Assembly (NCBI GenBank): GCA_963716185.1
Contig: OY970295.1
Span: 884,049 to 948,048, forward strand
Length of the DNA: 64,000 nt
Reading direction: 5' to 3'
From: Thermodesulfovibrionales bacterium
GTDB lineage: Bacteria; Nitrospirota; Thermodesulfovibrionia; Thermodesulfovibrionales; SM23-35
Below, piece after piece: positions 46,523-55,860 of this stretch. A model generated the notes under the pieces. That model was given only the letters and a program-made list of their open reading frames with translations, had not been told where the DNA came from and ran no database searches. Position 1 is the stretch's first letter. Each line of letters opens with the position of its first letter. The position numbers and the translations under genes are program-made.

Positions 46523-49500
46523 CTATCTCTGGTGCATCAGTGGAATTCCATCGTCTTCTGTAAAATCTTTCTTTTTTTCGCGTTCAATTTCTTTGTGCAG
46601 ATATGAAATTTTCTGCTCAAGAAATTGTTTGTGTTTTAAGAAATCTATCGTATTACAAACTGATATTAATGATTCATAGTAATCAATCTTAGCTTGCAAC
46701 ATAGGGACTGCGCTGCCTGAATAACTCCACACAAGCGGCTCAAGAGGGAGTTCCCTGAAATCCTCAAAATTACTATTGTGCTTTAAGAACATGGTAATAT
46801 GAAGACAACGTCTATCCGCTTGGAAGCCGGCAATAATGGAGAAAAGGAATTGCATAAACTTAGGGTCATCATGTCGCTCGAAGATGAGTCTTCCCAGGAA
46901 TATATCTTGTCTTTCTGTAACATGACTATCAGCTGCCCAATTCTTTTCTGTGCCGAAAAAAGCGCCCAAATATGAAAAATGATGTTTGTCCTGTTCATGC
47001 TCAAATACTCTTTGCGTGACTCTACGCATGACTTTTTCATAGTCGTCACGCTTCCAAATGAATGAATAATCTCGATGATCAGCATGCCTACCCACCCATT
47101 CTTTCCTTACATACATGTCGTCTATATACTTATCAGTGAATGCCGGATCAATATCCAATATTCTCGAAAAAGTGCAGCCGTCAAAGTCCATATGTGCCTC
47201 CGCTTTATCAAGAATCAAGTAGGCACTTTCCAATAGACTTATATCTTCGGAAAAGCTCTGTAATATTTCCTTATTTATTTCGGAGTAGGGATTGAATAGC
47301 TGAGATAAAAAGGATGCGTGCTTCGGTTCATTCTTAATCTTGTCAAGAATTATCGTCACGACCTTAACGATAACTTTCTTATCAAGCGAACGATACCTCA
47401 GGAGAAAATCTAAATCATAAAGGAAGTCTCCGACATCGGCGTCCCTAAACAATTCATACAGTCGATCCAAATGATCGAGTGTGATCTCTTCTAAAGGCAA
47501 AACTTGGTAGTAGCTAAACAGCCATCTCATCTTGGATGAATAAGTGGGTTCAGAGAGTATTCTATAGCCTTGCTCACTTCCACGGGAGTCTAGAAGGCAT
47601 TTGACCGGAAAATAGGGATTTAGATTTAGAAATTCATTTTCATGCAAATATTTGCTTAGAACATGGATGTACAGACTGGCATTATTTTCTGACAGGGCGA
47701 CGAGTGCCGTAATAAAACCTTGCACAAAAAGATATGATTTGTGCTGGTCGGTAATCCTTTCATTTATTTCTTTGCATTTCTTGAGCAAATCATCATATTC
47801 TGAAATCCCATAGCTTTTAAAATACTCACTAATCCTTTTCTTCTTGTATTGCTGATACTCCCCAATTCCCATATTCAATTCCTCTTCCCGTCTTCCGACC
47901 CAATCAGATGCAAGAAGTTCGTAAAGCAGGTACTTTTCGCTTTCGAAACGCTCCTTTATTTCAGAAGAGAAAGTCAAATTGAAACGTGATAACATTTTTA
48001 AATATTCTTGAACAATAAAGCAATGCCAGATGTTCGATGACTCTAATTCTTCCTCAAAAAACTGCAGAACGTAGACCGAGTCCTCTCCCACAATTTCTTC
48101 CACAGAAACCTCAAAGCCTGCTCGGGGATGCCTATATAAGAGATTCAGCACATCTTCTTGCAGATTCCCATTAAGCTGAAACAGATAACTCCAAATAGCC
48201 TTCCTGAGTTCCTTTAATGAAGGAGTGTTTGGAAGGTCAAAATTGATTATTGTAATCGAGAGATGCTTGGCTGATTTGGTTGACGTAAAATATGTGTGCA
48301 GATATTTTTCTGCAACGGCAACAAACAATTTTGAAAAAAGCAGCTCTTCGCCTTTCTTTGAGCGCTTCCACAGATTCTCGATAACAATTTTCTGCCGCTG
48401 AAACTCTGATAAATAAGAATTTGGGTCGAATCCAAAACTCTCAATCAGAAGATATAAAACCTGCGGCACACTATTAGGTTGTTTGACTACAAAGTCAAGT
48501 AAAAGACTCATGGCGATGCTAAAATTGTCTGTCCCTACATCTTTAAATGCAGTGAGCAGTTTTAGCACGGGCGGAAAAGTCACATTTGAATCTGGCTCAA
48601 ACTTTATGTTAGCAATTTCAACAGGATTTGGCTCCAAAGCATCTATTCTTTCTTTTATATAGAGCAGGGTATCAGTCTGCTTCCAAAACCAAAAAACTTC
48701 TAAAAACTGAAGAAAGTCGTTCTCGTTTTCACCATGTTTGAGAACATTCCACGTTCTGTCCACATAGGGCCGCATTTTTTCCATTATTGCCTGGGAATTA
48801 AAGGCACTGATCACAGGATTTATCGCATCCACAAGTCGTTGACGATAGCGAGGGAAAAGATGAGACAGGATTAGCCCGAAATCTAATATTTCATCCCTAA
48901 AGAAAACAGTATAGAATAGGTACGTAGCAAGAACCTGATCAGAAACTTTTACAACCTCGTTCTCATACATATCAAACACTTCTTTATCGTGGAGTGTTTC
49001 CGCAACTTCCCAGAAATCGGTTTCTGAGATGCCAAACACTCTTTCAATGTCAGTCATCATTTCCTTGTCAGAACGATCAATACTTCGAAAGAAATTTACA
49101 ACACCAGCTACCTTGAGGACCATGTCGTTTTTCAAATCCTCAAGATCACGTCGGATTGATTCATAATATTTATCATAAAGCTCAGATACATCAGCGATGC
49201 TTTCAAGTGTATTCTTTTCTTTAGCTATTTCTGAAGCCATAATTGCAAGGCGCGGATTGCCTTGCGATATTTCGGCGATGCGGTCAAGATAGTGATGATT
49301 TTTGATGCCATATTCTTTCTCAACAAGTTGCCTGATCTGGTCATCACTGAAAGGCGATATAGCTATTTCGAAAACGCCGCCGTAAGCCTTGCACATATCC
49401 CTTATCTTATCTATTGCATAATCACGCACTGTAATGATGACTTTGATTCGCTGTGAAACTTGTTTATATTGCAATAGCTCAATGATATATTGAAACCCGC

Positions 49501-49696
49501 TTATGCGATTAGCGTCATCCACAAAAATAAGATAGTCACCTGGGGCCGAAAAATACGCACGAATATCTTCAAATAAATCTATCCCTCGATTAAATATGCA
49601 CTGAACTTTAAAAGACGGGGTGGTCTCAATAAATTTCCGACAACACTCCAAAGCCAGTCTGGATTTTCCCACGCCAGCCTGCCCCGCAATCATCAC
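46523..49696 (-). CDS. large STAND-like P-loop NTPase with about 850-aa helical C-terminal region; 5' end probably truncated
   Basis: A GTG start 5 codons before Walker A (IAGQAGVGKS). Walker B YLIFVDDA. VIITVRD. GNPRLAI. Visibly A+T-rich compared with neighbours. An in-frame stop lies only 14 codons upstream. Confidence 0.65.
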   Translation of the reverse strand: MMIAGQAGVGKSRLALECCRKFIETTPSFKVQCIFNRGIDLFEDIRAYFSAPGDYLIFVDDANRISGFQYIIELLQYKQVSQRIKVIITVRDYAIDKIRDMCKAYGGVFEIAISPFSDDQIRQLVEKEYGIKNHHYLDRIAEISQGNPRLAIMASEIAKEKNTLESIADVSELYDKYYESIRRDLEDLKNDMVLKVAGVVNFFRSIDRSDKEMMTDIERVFGISETDFWEVAETLHDKEVFDMYENEVVKVSDQVLATYLFYTVFFRDEILDFGLILSHLFPRYRQRLVDAINPVISAFNSQAIMEKMRPYVDRTWNVLKHGENENDFLQFLEVFWFWKQTDTLLYIKERIDALEPNPVEIANIKFEPDSNVTFPPVLKLLTAFKDVGTDNFSIAMSLLLDFVVKQPNSVPQVLYLLIESFGFDPNSYLSEFQRQKIVIENLWKRSKKGEELLFSKLFVAVAEKYLHTYFTSTKSAKHLSITIINFDLPNTPSLKELRKAIWSYLFQLNGNLQEDVLNLLYRHPRAGFEVSVEEIVGEDSVYVLQFFEEELESSNIWHCFIVQEYLKMLSRFNLTFSSEIKERFESEKYLLYELLASDWVGRREEELNMGIGEYQQYKKKRISEYFKSYGISEYDDLLKKCKEINERITDQHKSYLFVQGFITALVALSENNASLYIHVLSKYLHENEFLNLNPYFPVKCLLDSRGSEQGYRILSEPTYSSKMRWLFSYYQVLPLEEITLDHLDRLYELFRDADVGDFLYDLDFLLRYRSLDKKVIVKVVTIILDKIKNEPKHASFLSQLFNPYSEINKEILQSFSEDISLLESAYLILDKAEAHMDFDGCTFSRILDIDPAFTDKYIDDMYVRKEWVGRHADHRDYSFIWKRDDYEKVMRRVTQRVFEHEQDKHHFSYLGAFFGTEKNWAADSHVTERQDIFLGRLIFERHDDPKFMQFLFSIIAGFQADRRCLHITMFLKHNSNFEDFRELPLEPLVWSYSGSAVPMLQAKIDYYESLISVCNTIDFLKHKQFLEQKISYLHKEIEREKKKDFTEDDGIPLMHQR

Positions 49697-49939
49697 TAAA
49701 TTGTTTTCGCCCAGTCCTAAAACAGGGTTATAGGGTCAAATCTTCATTCTTCACAAATAATTCCTAGAAGTGTGCAGATTTACTATGTTATACAGAAACG
49801 TTTGCTTCTGTGAAAAGGGAAAACAATGGCAGGACAAAATTAATTATTCACATTCAGTTATTCTTATGATTCTCGCAAATCATTTTTCAACAGGATCTTC
49901 AATGCTGCAATGAGGATTTTGTCATCGCGTTTTATAATC

Positions 49940-50286
49940 TCAAGCTGTCTTCTGCTTTGCGGTCTCTTTTTCCAGGACATCTACTATGTATTTATTAAGG
50001 GTAACCCCCTTTTTCGTTGCTTCTAACACAATACGTTGATGCAGGCTTGAGCCGACCCGTATATTGAACGATCCCTTGAAGGATGTTCCGGCTCTTTGCC
50101 CTGTTTCTTGCAGGTCTGAAGGTAGTCCTCCACGGCTTCCTCAAACGACTTGCGCAATGATTTAACGTCCGTGCCTTCATAGCTGACGAGGGCCCGGATA
50201 AATTCGACCTTGCCGTAAAATACCTTGTCCTCATCGCTGTAATGGACAGAACCGTAATAATTTTTGTATCTCATCATATCTTTCAT
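49940..50286 (-). pseudogene. hicB: HicB-family antitoxin gene with a 1-nt frameshift (no hicA partner)
   Basis: MKDMMRYKNYYGSVHYSDEDKVFYGKVEFIRALVSYEGTDVKSLRKSFEEAVEDYLQTCKKQGKEPEHP, then the reading frame changes. The +1 frame continues FKGSFNIRVGSSLHQRIVLEATKKGVTLNKYIVDVLEKETAKQKTA* (RHH part). One base appears to be missing near 50080. Confidence 0.7.
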
Positions 50287-50357
50287 ATCAATCCTTCTCC
50301 TCTTAAGGTTTCTTCGATCTGCTCCAACTGGTACTTTTTCAGTACCGATGTTATCAT

Positions 50358-50394
50358 CCTTGTAAATTAAAATATAGTATTTCAATTTACAAGG
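50358..50394. promoter_or_regulatory. perfect 11-bp inverted repeat, candidate HicB operator/promoter
   Basis: CCTTGTAAATT-15 nt-AATTTACAAGG, about 70 bp upstream of the hicB ATG. The spacer contains TATATT/TATAGT -10-like hexamers. Confidence 0.45.
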
Positions 50395-50493
50395 TTAAAT
50401 ATTTAACAACAAAAAGCAGAAGAGAGCGCAATGGAATGACGATGCATGGTTGGACTTTCAGTTTAGGCGGGCAACCGTCCTGTTGAAACACCT

Positions 50494-50526
50494 GAGGCTG
50501 TCAGAACTTACCGTTCTGACAGCCTC
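50494..50526 (-). terminator. stem-loop downstream of tRNA-fMet
   Basis: GAGGCTGTCAGAAC-ttacc-GTTCTGACAGCCTC, a 14-bp perfect stem lying 29 nt beyond the tRNA 3' end on the minus strand. The trailing tract is only weakly U-rich. Confidence 0.5.
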
Positions 50527-50554
50527 AATCTATACAAAAATCTATCATTTTGCT

Positions 50555-50631
<77 letters not shown>

Positions 50632-50753
50632 GCAGATTCTATAACAATAACTTATCAGCGTTTTTTTGTCAAACGGTTTTCCCCAAATTCGGCGAGTAAC
50701 TATATATAATGCGGCAGGATGAAAGTAATTGCTCCAGGGTCTTGTGACTTCCG

Positions 50754-52010
50754 TTAAAAGAGCCTGACTTCTACAAATTCTCCTTCTTGTATCCCTGATT
50801 TCCTCAGCGGTATCACAGCAGTCCCGTCTGCTTTTGTGAGTGTTGTGATGAGACCCGATTTGCCGAGCAGCGGTATGGCCCACAGTTCGCCGTCCCTTTC
50901 TTCGAGAGCCACACCAATATGTTCTTCCCTTCCGGGACTCGATGAAACGTTTTTTGCCATTCTCGCGTTAACTATTTTTTTCTCCCGGACGGAACTGTTT
51001 TCCACACAACCCGACTGAATTTTAAGAACGGGTCTGATAAAAATCTCAAAGCAGACATTGACGGCTGCCGGGTGCCCGGGAAGACCAAACACGGGAACGC
51101 CATCGATGACACCGCCGATCATCGGCTTGCCCGGCTTCAGTGATACACCGTGGAATAAGACGCCCGGGGCACCCAGATCATTTATCACCCCGGCTGTCAT
51201 ATCCCTGGCGCCTACCGAGCTCCCGCCCGAAATCAAAACCATATCCGAGTCCTTCAAGGACTTTTCAACGGCATCCCTGATAATTTCATACCCGTCGCTG
51301 AAGATCCCCTTCGATAAGGGCGTCCCTCCGGCATCTGATATCAAGCCGGAAAGTGTATACGAATTAATATCACGGACCTGCCCGGGCATGACAGGTTTGT
51401 CAGCCGGCACTATCTCATCGCCGGTTGATATTATTGAAACTCCAGGCTTCTCATAAACCCATATGTCCGTTATTCCGAGTCCTGCCAGCGCGCCGATATC
51501 CTGCGGTCTCAATCTGCGGCCTTTCTTCAGAATGCATTCATCTTTTCTCGCGTCTTCTCCAGCCTGTATGACATTTTCAGCCGGCGATACGGGTTTTAAT
51601 ACCTCTATCATGGTTTCGTCTGCTCGCTGGGTGTGTTCATACATCACGACCGAATCAGCGCCTTCAGGGAGCATTCCGCCCGTTGCAATCTTCGCACACT
51701 CGCCCTTTTTGAGAACAAAATCAGGCTTCCCGCCCATCAATATCTCGGCGGTTATATTGAGATATGAGGGGAGGCCTTCCGTAGCGCCGAAGGTGTCGGC
51801 GGAATTTACTGCGAATCCGTCTACCGTTGATCTGCTAAATGAAGGGAGGTCCTCGGGAGAGATAATGTCCCTGGAAATGATCATCCCATAAGCCTTGTCA
51901 ATCGGGAGAATCACTTCAGCCGGACTTTTAAAAGAAGGTGAGTGCCTCAGTAGAAGATCAAGGGCCTCTTCTACTGTAACGAGTTCCTCTCTGCCCAGCA
52001 TGTCTTTCAT
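50754..52010 (-). CDS. moeA: molybdopterin molybdenumtransferase MoeA
   Basis: 418 aa. SPEDLPSFSRSTVDGFAV, ISTGDEI, VLISGGSSVGARD, LKPGKP, GLPGHP. Confidence 0.9.
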   Translation of the reverse strand: MKDMLGREELVTVEEALDLLLRHSPSFKSPAEVILPIDKAYGMIISRDIISPEDLPSFSRSTVDGFAVNSADTFGATEGLPSYLNITAEILMGGKPDFVLKKGECAKIATGGMLPEGADSVVMYEHTQRADETMIEVLKPVSPAENVIQAGEDARKDECILKKGRRLRPQDIGALAGLGITDIWVYEKPGVSIISTGDEIVPADKPVMPGQVRDINSYTLSGLISDAGGTPLSKGIFSDGYEIIRDAVEKSLKDSDMVLISGGSSVGARDMTAGVINDLGAPGVLFHGVSLKPGKPMIGGVIDGVPVFGLPGHPAAVNVCFEIFIRPVLKIQSGCVENSSVREKKIVNARMAKNVSSSPGREEHIGVALEERDGELWAIPLLGKSGLITTLTKADGTAVIPLRKSGIQEGEFVEVRLF

Positions 52011-52035
52011 GAGTAATTCCTATTCAATGTCTGTG

Positions 52036-52142
52036 TATAAAGTCGATATCTTAACACCCGCCCAACCCCTCTCCTCAAGGGAGGGGTATACTTACTGCCC
52101 TCTCCCCTGGCGGGAGAGGGTTAGGGTGAGAGGGGGTTCATA
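52036..52142 (+). repeat. REP-like intergenic element, family A, copy 2
   Basis: TATAAAGTCGATAT ... CCCCTC-tcctcaag-GGAGGGG ... CCCTCTCCC-ctggc-GGGAGAGGG ... GGGGTTCAT. Same orientation and gene context as 9944-10050, immediately upstream of a minus-strand gene start. Confidence 0.8.
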
Positions 52143-52164
52143 GTTTATACACAGTCGCTATATA

Positions 52165-52350
52165 GTGCAGTGTCTCACAAATGACCGGTGTTATGTACAT
52201 GCTCAAAAGGAATGTCATTCCCGCAATCCCGAAAGCGTTCGGGAGTCGGGAATCCTTCCGAGAAGCCCGGAAAGATTCCGGACAAGCCGGAACGACAAAG
52301 CGAAGCCAATATTGAGCTTACTAATCACATTTGATAACACCATTTGTTTT
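52165..52350 (-). repeat. intergenic repeat module B, copy 1 (GTCATTCC-hairpin units)
   Basis: The reverse complement aligns by eye over about 185 nt with 59512-59691 (AACAAATGGTGTTATCAAA ... TTTGTC(A/G)TTCCGGCTTGTCCGGAATCTTTC ... GGAAGGATTCCCGAC ... AATGACAT ... CATAACACC). Confidence 0.8.
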
Positions 52351-52515
52351 GGGACACCCTATAGTCTGTTTATAAACTGCCTTAGATGTCATCCTGAACT
52401 TGTTTCGGGATCTCTCTGTTTGAGCAACATTAGGAACTGCAAGATGCTGTTCACCTCAGCGAATCCGCCGAGGCGGAAAATAAATTCGGCATGACAATAA
52501 CCACTCTATAAACAG
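52351..52515 (+). repeat. intergenic repeat module C, copy 1
   Basis: GGGACACC..TATAG..TTTATAAACTGCC..ATGTCATCCTGAACTTGTTTCGGGATCTC ... AGATGCTG...AAATAAATTCGGCATGACA. Direct match to 59677-59820. Confidence 0.75.
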
Positions 52516-52518
52516 TTA

Positions 52519-53091
52519 TCAATTAAACTCATTCATCGCCTTATCCACGCCATCTGAAATAATGACGTAGATAGCATCTACCGCTTTTTGCACCGCCTCT
52601 TTAATTGCGCCTGTTTCCTGCCTTCTGAATTTACTCAGCACGTGCTCCTCGGAGGGTATCCCCGGTTCCCTGCCGATCCCGATCTTCACTCTTATAAAAT
52701 CTCTGGAACCGATATTCTGTATGATGGACTGAACTCCCTTATGTCCGCCCGATGAGCCGGTTTTCCTGATTCTTAATTTGCCTGCCTCCATGTCGAGATC
52801 GTCATGAACAACAATAAAATTTTCAGAAGACACATTAAACTTCTTTAATACGCCCCTCAGAGGAGGCCCGCTCAGGTTCATAAAAAGAAGGGGTTCCGCG
52901 AGCAGGGCCTTCTGTCCTGCTACTGAACCCCTTCCTATTCTGTACCCTTCCTTTTTTTCTGCCAGGTCTATTTTGTATCTCCCGGCAATCTCCTCTATGA
53001 CCATGAAGCCGATATTATGTCTTGTCCTGGAGTATCTTCTTCCGGGATTACCGAGACCCGCGATAAGCCAAACAACCCGTGCTTCATCCAT
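52519..53091 (-). CDS. pth: peptidyl-tRNA hydrolase
   Basis: LIAGLGNPGRRYSRTRHNIGF, VVHDDLD, GGHKGV. Confidence 0.92.
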   Translation of the reverse strand: MDEARVVWLIAGLGNPGRRYSRTRHNIGFMVIEEIAGRYKIDLAEKKEGYRIGRGSVAGQKALLAEPLLFMNLSGPPLRGVLKKFNVSSENFIVVHDDLDMEAGKLRIRKTGSSGGHKGVQSIIQNIGSRDFIRVKIGIGREPGIPSEEHVLSKFRRQETGAIKEAVQKAVDAIYVIISDGVDKAMNEFN

Positions 53092-53114
53092 CGGTCAAAA
53101 ATAATAAGGAATTA

Positions 53115-53783
53115 CTATTTTTTCTCTTTTTCTTCTTCCTCTTCCTTCTTGCCTTTCTTTATAACCTCGGGCTCCGCTGCTTCAGGTGCTGCAACAGCGG
53201 CCTCCTCAACAGGCGCAACCTCTTCGACCACCGGCGCTATTATATTCACGATCACGTCCCCGGGGTCCGTGAGGACCTTTATACCTTCCGGCAATTGAAG
53301 GTCGCTGACATGAAACGACTGCCCTATTTCGAGTCCGGATATATCGATCTTAATATGGCCGGGTATTTTGTCCGGCAGGCATTCTATCTCTATATCTCTC
53401 AGGAGGTTCTGCAATATCCCGGCGTCTCTCTTTACGCCGACAGGTTCTCCGGTAGGTATCACATGTACATTCACCTTTACCTTCTCCGTCAGCAAGACCT
53501 CAAAAAAATCTGCATGGAGCAACTCCCTCTTTGTGGGCTCTACCTGATAGTCCTTTACAAGAGCGAGTTTAGTCTCTCCGTCCGCAAATTGAAGGTTTAC
53601 CATTATCTGTTCGCCCGCTGTTGTATTAATGAATTGAGTTATCTCCTTCCTGGCAAGCTTTATCGGCAGTGACCCCCCTCCCCTGTAAAGGACCGCAGGG
53701 ATCATATCTTTTCTTCTGAGAGAACGCGCCGTCCCCTTGCCGGTCTCTTCCCTCTTCTCTGCATTAATGGTTATTCTTTCCAT
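53115..53783 (-). CDS. rplY: 50S ribosomal protein L25 (Ctc form)
   Basis: GKGTARSLRRKDMIPAVLY, two-domain Ctc length, lysine/glutamate-rich C-terminal tail. Conserved position between prs and pth. Confidence 0.9.
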   Translation of the reverse strand: MERITINAEKREETGKGTARSLRRKDMIPAVLYRGGGSLPIKLARKEITQFINTTAGEQIMVNLQFADGETKLALVKDYQVEPTKRELLHADFFEVLLTEKVKVNVHVIPTGEPVGVKRDAGILQNLLRDIEIECLPDKIPGHIKIDISGLEIGQSFHVSDLQLPEGIKVLTDPGDVIVNIIAPVVEEVAPVEEAAVAAPEAAEPEVIKKGKKEEEEEKEKK

Positions 53784-53809
53784 TTTTCCTCCTAATTATA
53801 GATCACAGA

Positions 53810-54757
53810 CTACGCAAAAAGTGAACTTATTGAAGATTCGTCGTGAATCCTTTTTATTGCCTCTCCTATAAGAGGCGCTATACTCAAAATAGTAAGTTTT
53901 CTGCACTGCTCTTTTTTGCTGTCCGGCGGTATCGTGTTCGTAACGATAAGCTCTTCAAGTACAGAATTATTGGCTTTTTCGACTGCATCGTCCGAAAGCA
54001 CTGCATGCGTGCACGCAGCTACCACCCGCTTTGCGCCTTTATCCTTCAGGGCCGAAGCTGCCTGAATGGTCGTACCACCTGTATCGATCATATCATCGAG
54101 GATTATCGCATCCTTTCCGGAAACGTCACCTATCACATTCATTATCTGGGATATATTCGCCGCTTCACGCCTTTTATCGATAATCGCAATCGAGCACTGG
54201 AGTTTTTTTGCAAAGGCCCTTGCCCTCTCAACCCCGCCGGCGTCAGGCGATACAATAACGAGGTTTTCGAAATAATATTTTTTCCGTATATACTCCAGGA
54301 GGACAGGCGCAGCATAAAGATTATCAACGGGTATATTGAAAAAACCCTGGATCTGGGCCGCGTGGAGGTCCATCGTAAGGACCCTGTTCGTACCTGCAGC
54401 AGTTACCAGATCTGCAACAAGTTTTGCGGATATGGGGACCCTCGGCTGGACCTTCCTGTCCTGCCTCGCATATCCATAATACGGTATAACAGCCGTTATC
54501 CTGCTTGCCGACGCCCTCTTGAGCGCATCCACCATCAAAAGAAGCTCCATGAGGTGGCGGTTTACAGGCATGCTGGTCGGCTGCAAGACAAACACATCGG
54601 TCCCCCTCACATTTTCATTGATCTGCACCATAATCTCGCCGTCACTGAATTTCTCTACCGAGGCGTCTCCAACGGGCATGTTAAGATAATTCGCGATCTC
54701 CTGCGCGAGACCCTTGTGTGCATTGCCGGTAAACAACTTAATCCCTTCAGGCATCAC
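53810..54757 (-). CDS. prs: ribose-phosphate pyrophosphokinase
   Basis: [61 protein letters not shown]. Confidence 0.95.
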   Translation of the reverse strand: MMPEGIKLFTGNAHKGLAQEIANYLNMPVGDASVEKFSDGEIMVQINENVRGTDVFVLQPTSMPVNRHLMELLLMVDALKRASASRITAVIPYYGYARQDRKVQPRVPISAKLVADLVTAAGTNRVLTMDLHAAQIQGFFNIPVDNLYAAPVLLEYIRKKYYFENLVIVSPDAGGVERARAFAKKLQCSIAIIDKRREAANISQIMNVIGDVSGKDAIILDDMIDTGGTTIQAASALKDKGAKRVVAACTHAVLSDDAVEKANNSVLEELIVTNTIPPDSKKEQCRKLTILSIAPLIGEAIKRIHDESSISSLFA

Positions 54758-54827
54758 TCCTCCTCATCAAATCGAGAATTGAGACAGAGATTCAAATAAC
54801 CGCCTCTAATTTCTCTATCAGTATCTA

Positions 54828-54902
54828 TGGCTGGGGCGGGAGGATTCGAACCTCCAGATGGGAGATCCAAAGTCTCCTGACTTGCCGTTTGTCGACGCCC
54901 CA
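54828..54902 (-). tRNA. tRNA-Gln (anticodon TTG)
   Basis: TGGGGCGTCGACAAACGGCAAGTCAGGAGACTTTGGATCTCCCATCTGGAGGTTCGAATCCTCCCGCCCCAGCCA. Cloverleaf folds by hand; anticodon loop CUUUGGA. Confidence 0.92.
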
Positions 54903-54960
54903 AAAAAATAGCAAACAGCAATCAGCAGACAGTAAATAAAATAGTTCCCCTGTTTACCGC

Positions 54961-55860
54961 CTACTGTTTGCCGTCTACTGTTATTAATGTCTCGGCCAGG
55001 CGGCAGAAATTGGGCTCCATCGCCCGGGCAGCCTTCTCTGCCCCGGCATTAGTCTGAAAAACGCCGAAAACAGTCGGGCCGCTGCCGCTCATTGCAGAAA
55101 TATCCGCTCCCGTTTCCAACAGCTTACGCTTTATGTCCCTGACAAGAGGGTATTTGTTCATGATGACATCTTCAAAGTCATTATAAAGCATTGTACCGAG
55201 GGAGGCATAATCCCGCCTGTTCAAAGCCTGACAAAACAGTTTAATATCAATATGTTTTTTTGTCAACTTTTCTGCGCCGCCCTGCCGGTCAAAAGAATCG
55301 TAGGCCCATGCAGTAGACACGGACACCCGAGGTTTAACAAGTAGGAGTATACTTGATGAGCCTATGTCCAGCGATTTCACCTTTTCGCCTTTGCCTTCGA
55401 TCAGGGCGGCAGGCCCTTTTAAAAAAAAGGGGACGTCGGAACCTATCTCAGCGCCTATCGCGCTCAATTCTCCATCGCTTAACCCGAGCCCCCATAAAAT
55501 ATTGAGTCCTGAAAGCGTGCACGCTGCGTCACTGCTTCCTCCTCCAAGGCCGGCGCAGGCCGGAATATTTTTTTTCAGCAGTATCCTTGCGCCTTTACTG
55601 CGGGCGGCATACTTTTTTAAAACGGAGGCAGCCCTGTAAACAATATTCTCGCGGACCGGGATATCAAGGTCACTGACCACTTCTATTGAATCCGCGCTCT
55701 CGAATGTAAGGTTGTCATAAAGGCCCACACACTGCATGAGGCTGGAGATATTGTGATAGCCGTCTTCCCGCTTCCCGAGGATTTGAAGAAACCAGTTGAT
55801 CTTGGCGGGCGTTTTCAGGGAAAGTGACGAATGACCGGCGGGAAGCGGAGAGTGTTTCAT
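54961..55860 (-). CDS. ispE: 4-diphosphocytidyl-2-C-methyl-D-erythritol kinase
   Basis: KTPAKINWFLQILGKREDGYH, KNIPACAGLGGGSSDAA, MSGSGPTVFG. Confidence 0.92.
   Translation of the reverse strand: MKHSPLPAGHSSLSLKTPAKINWFLQILGKREDGYHNISSLMQCVGLYDNLTFESADSIEVVSDLDIPVRENIVYRAASVLKKYAARSKGARILLKKNIPACAGLGGGSSDAACTLSGLNILWGLGLSDGELSAIGAEIGSDVPFFLKGPAALIEGKGEKVKSLDIGSSSILLLVKPRVSVSTAWAYDSFDRQGGAEKLTKKHIDIKLFCQALNRRDYASLGTMLYNDFEDVIMNKYPLVRDIKRKLLETGADISAMSGSGPTVFGVFQTNAGAEKAARAMEPNFCRLAETLITVDGKQ

Noticed and set aside
52165-52494. A 109-aa ORF in the moeA-pth spacer (and similar ORFs 51895..52143, 59503..59691, 10036..10341).
   Set aside because: They are composed entirely of repeat modules A, B and C. 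Such ORFs are typical repeat-derived artefacts.
53843-54799. A 318-aa ORF antisense to prs, plus other long antisense or alternative-frame ORFs (36463..37185, 37526..38158, 39692..40369, 42184..42747, 7543..7968, 103..513, 10349..10758).
   Set aside because: Each lies entirely within a gene whose opposite-strand product has unambiguous family motifs. The antisense translations are low-complexity with no recognisable domains.
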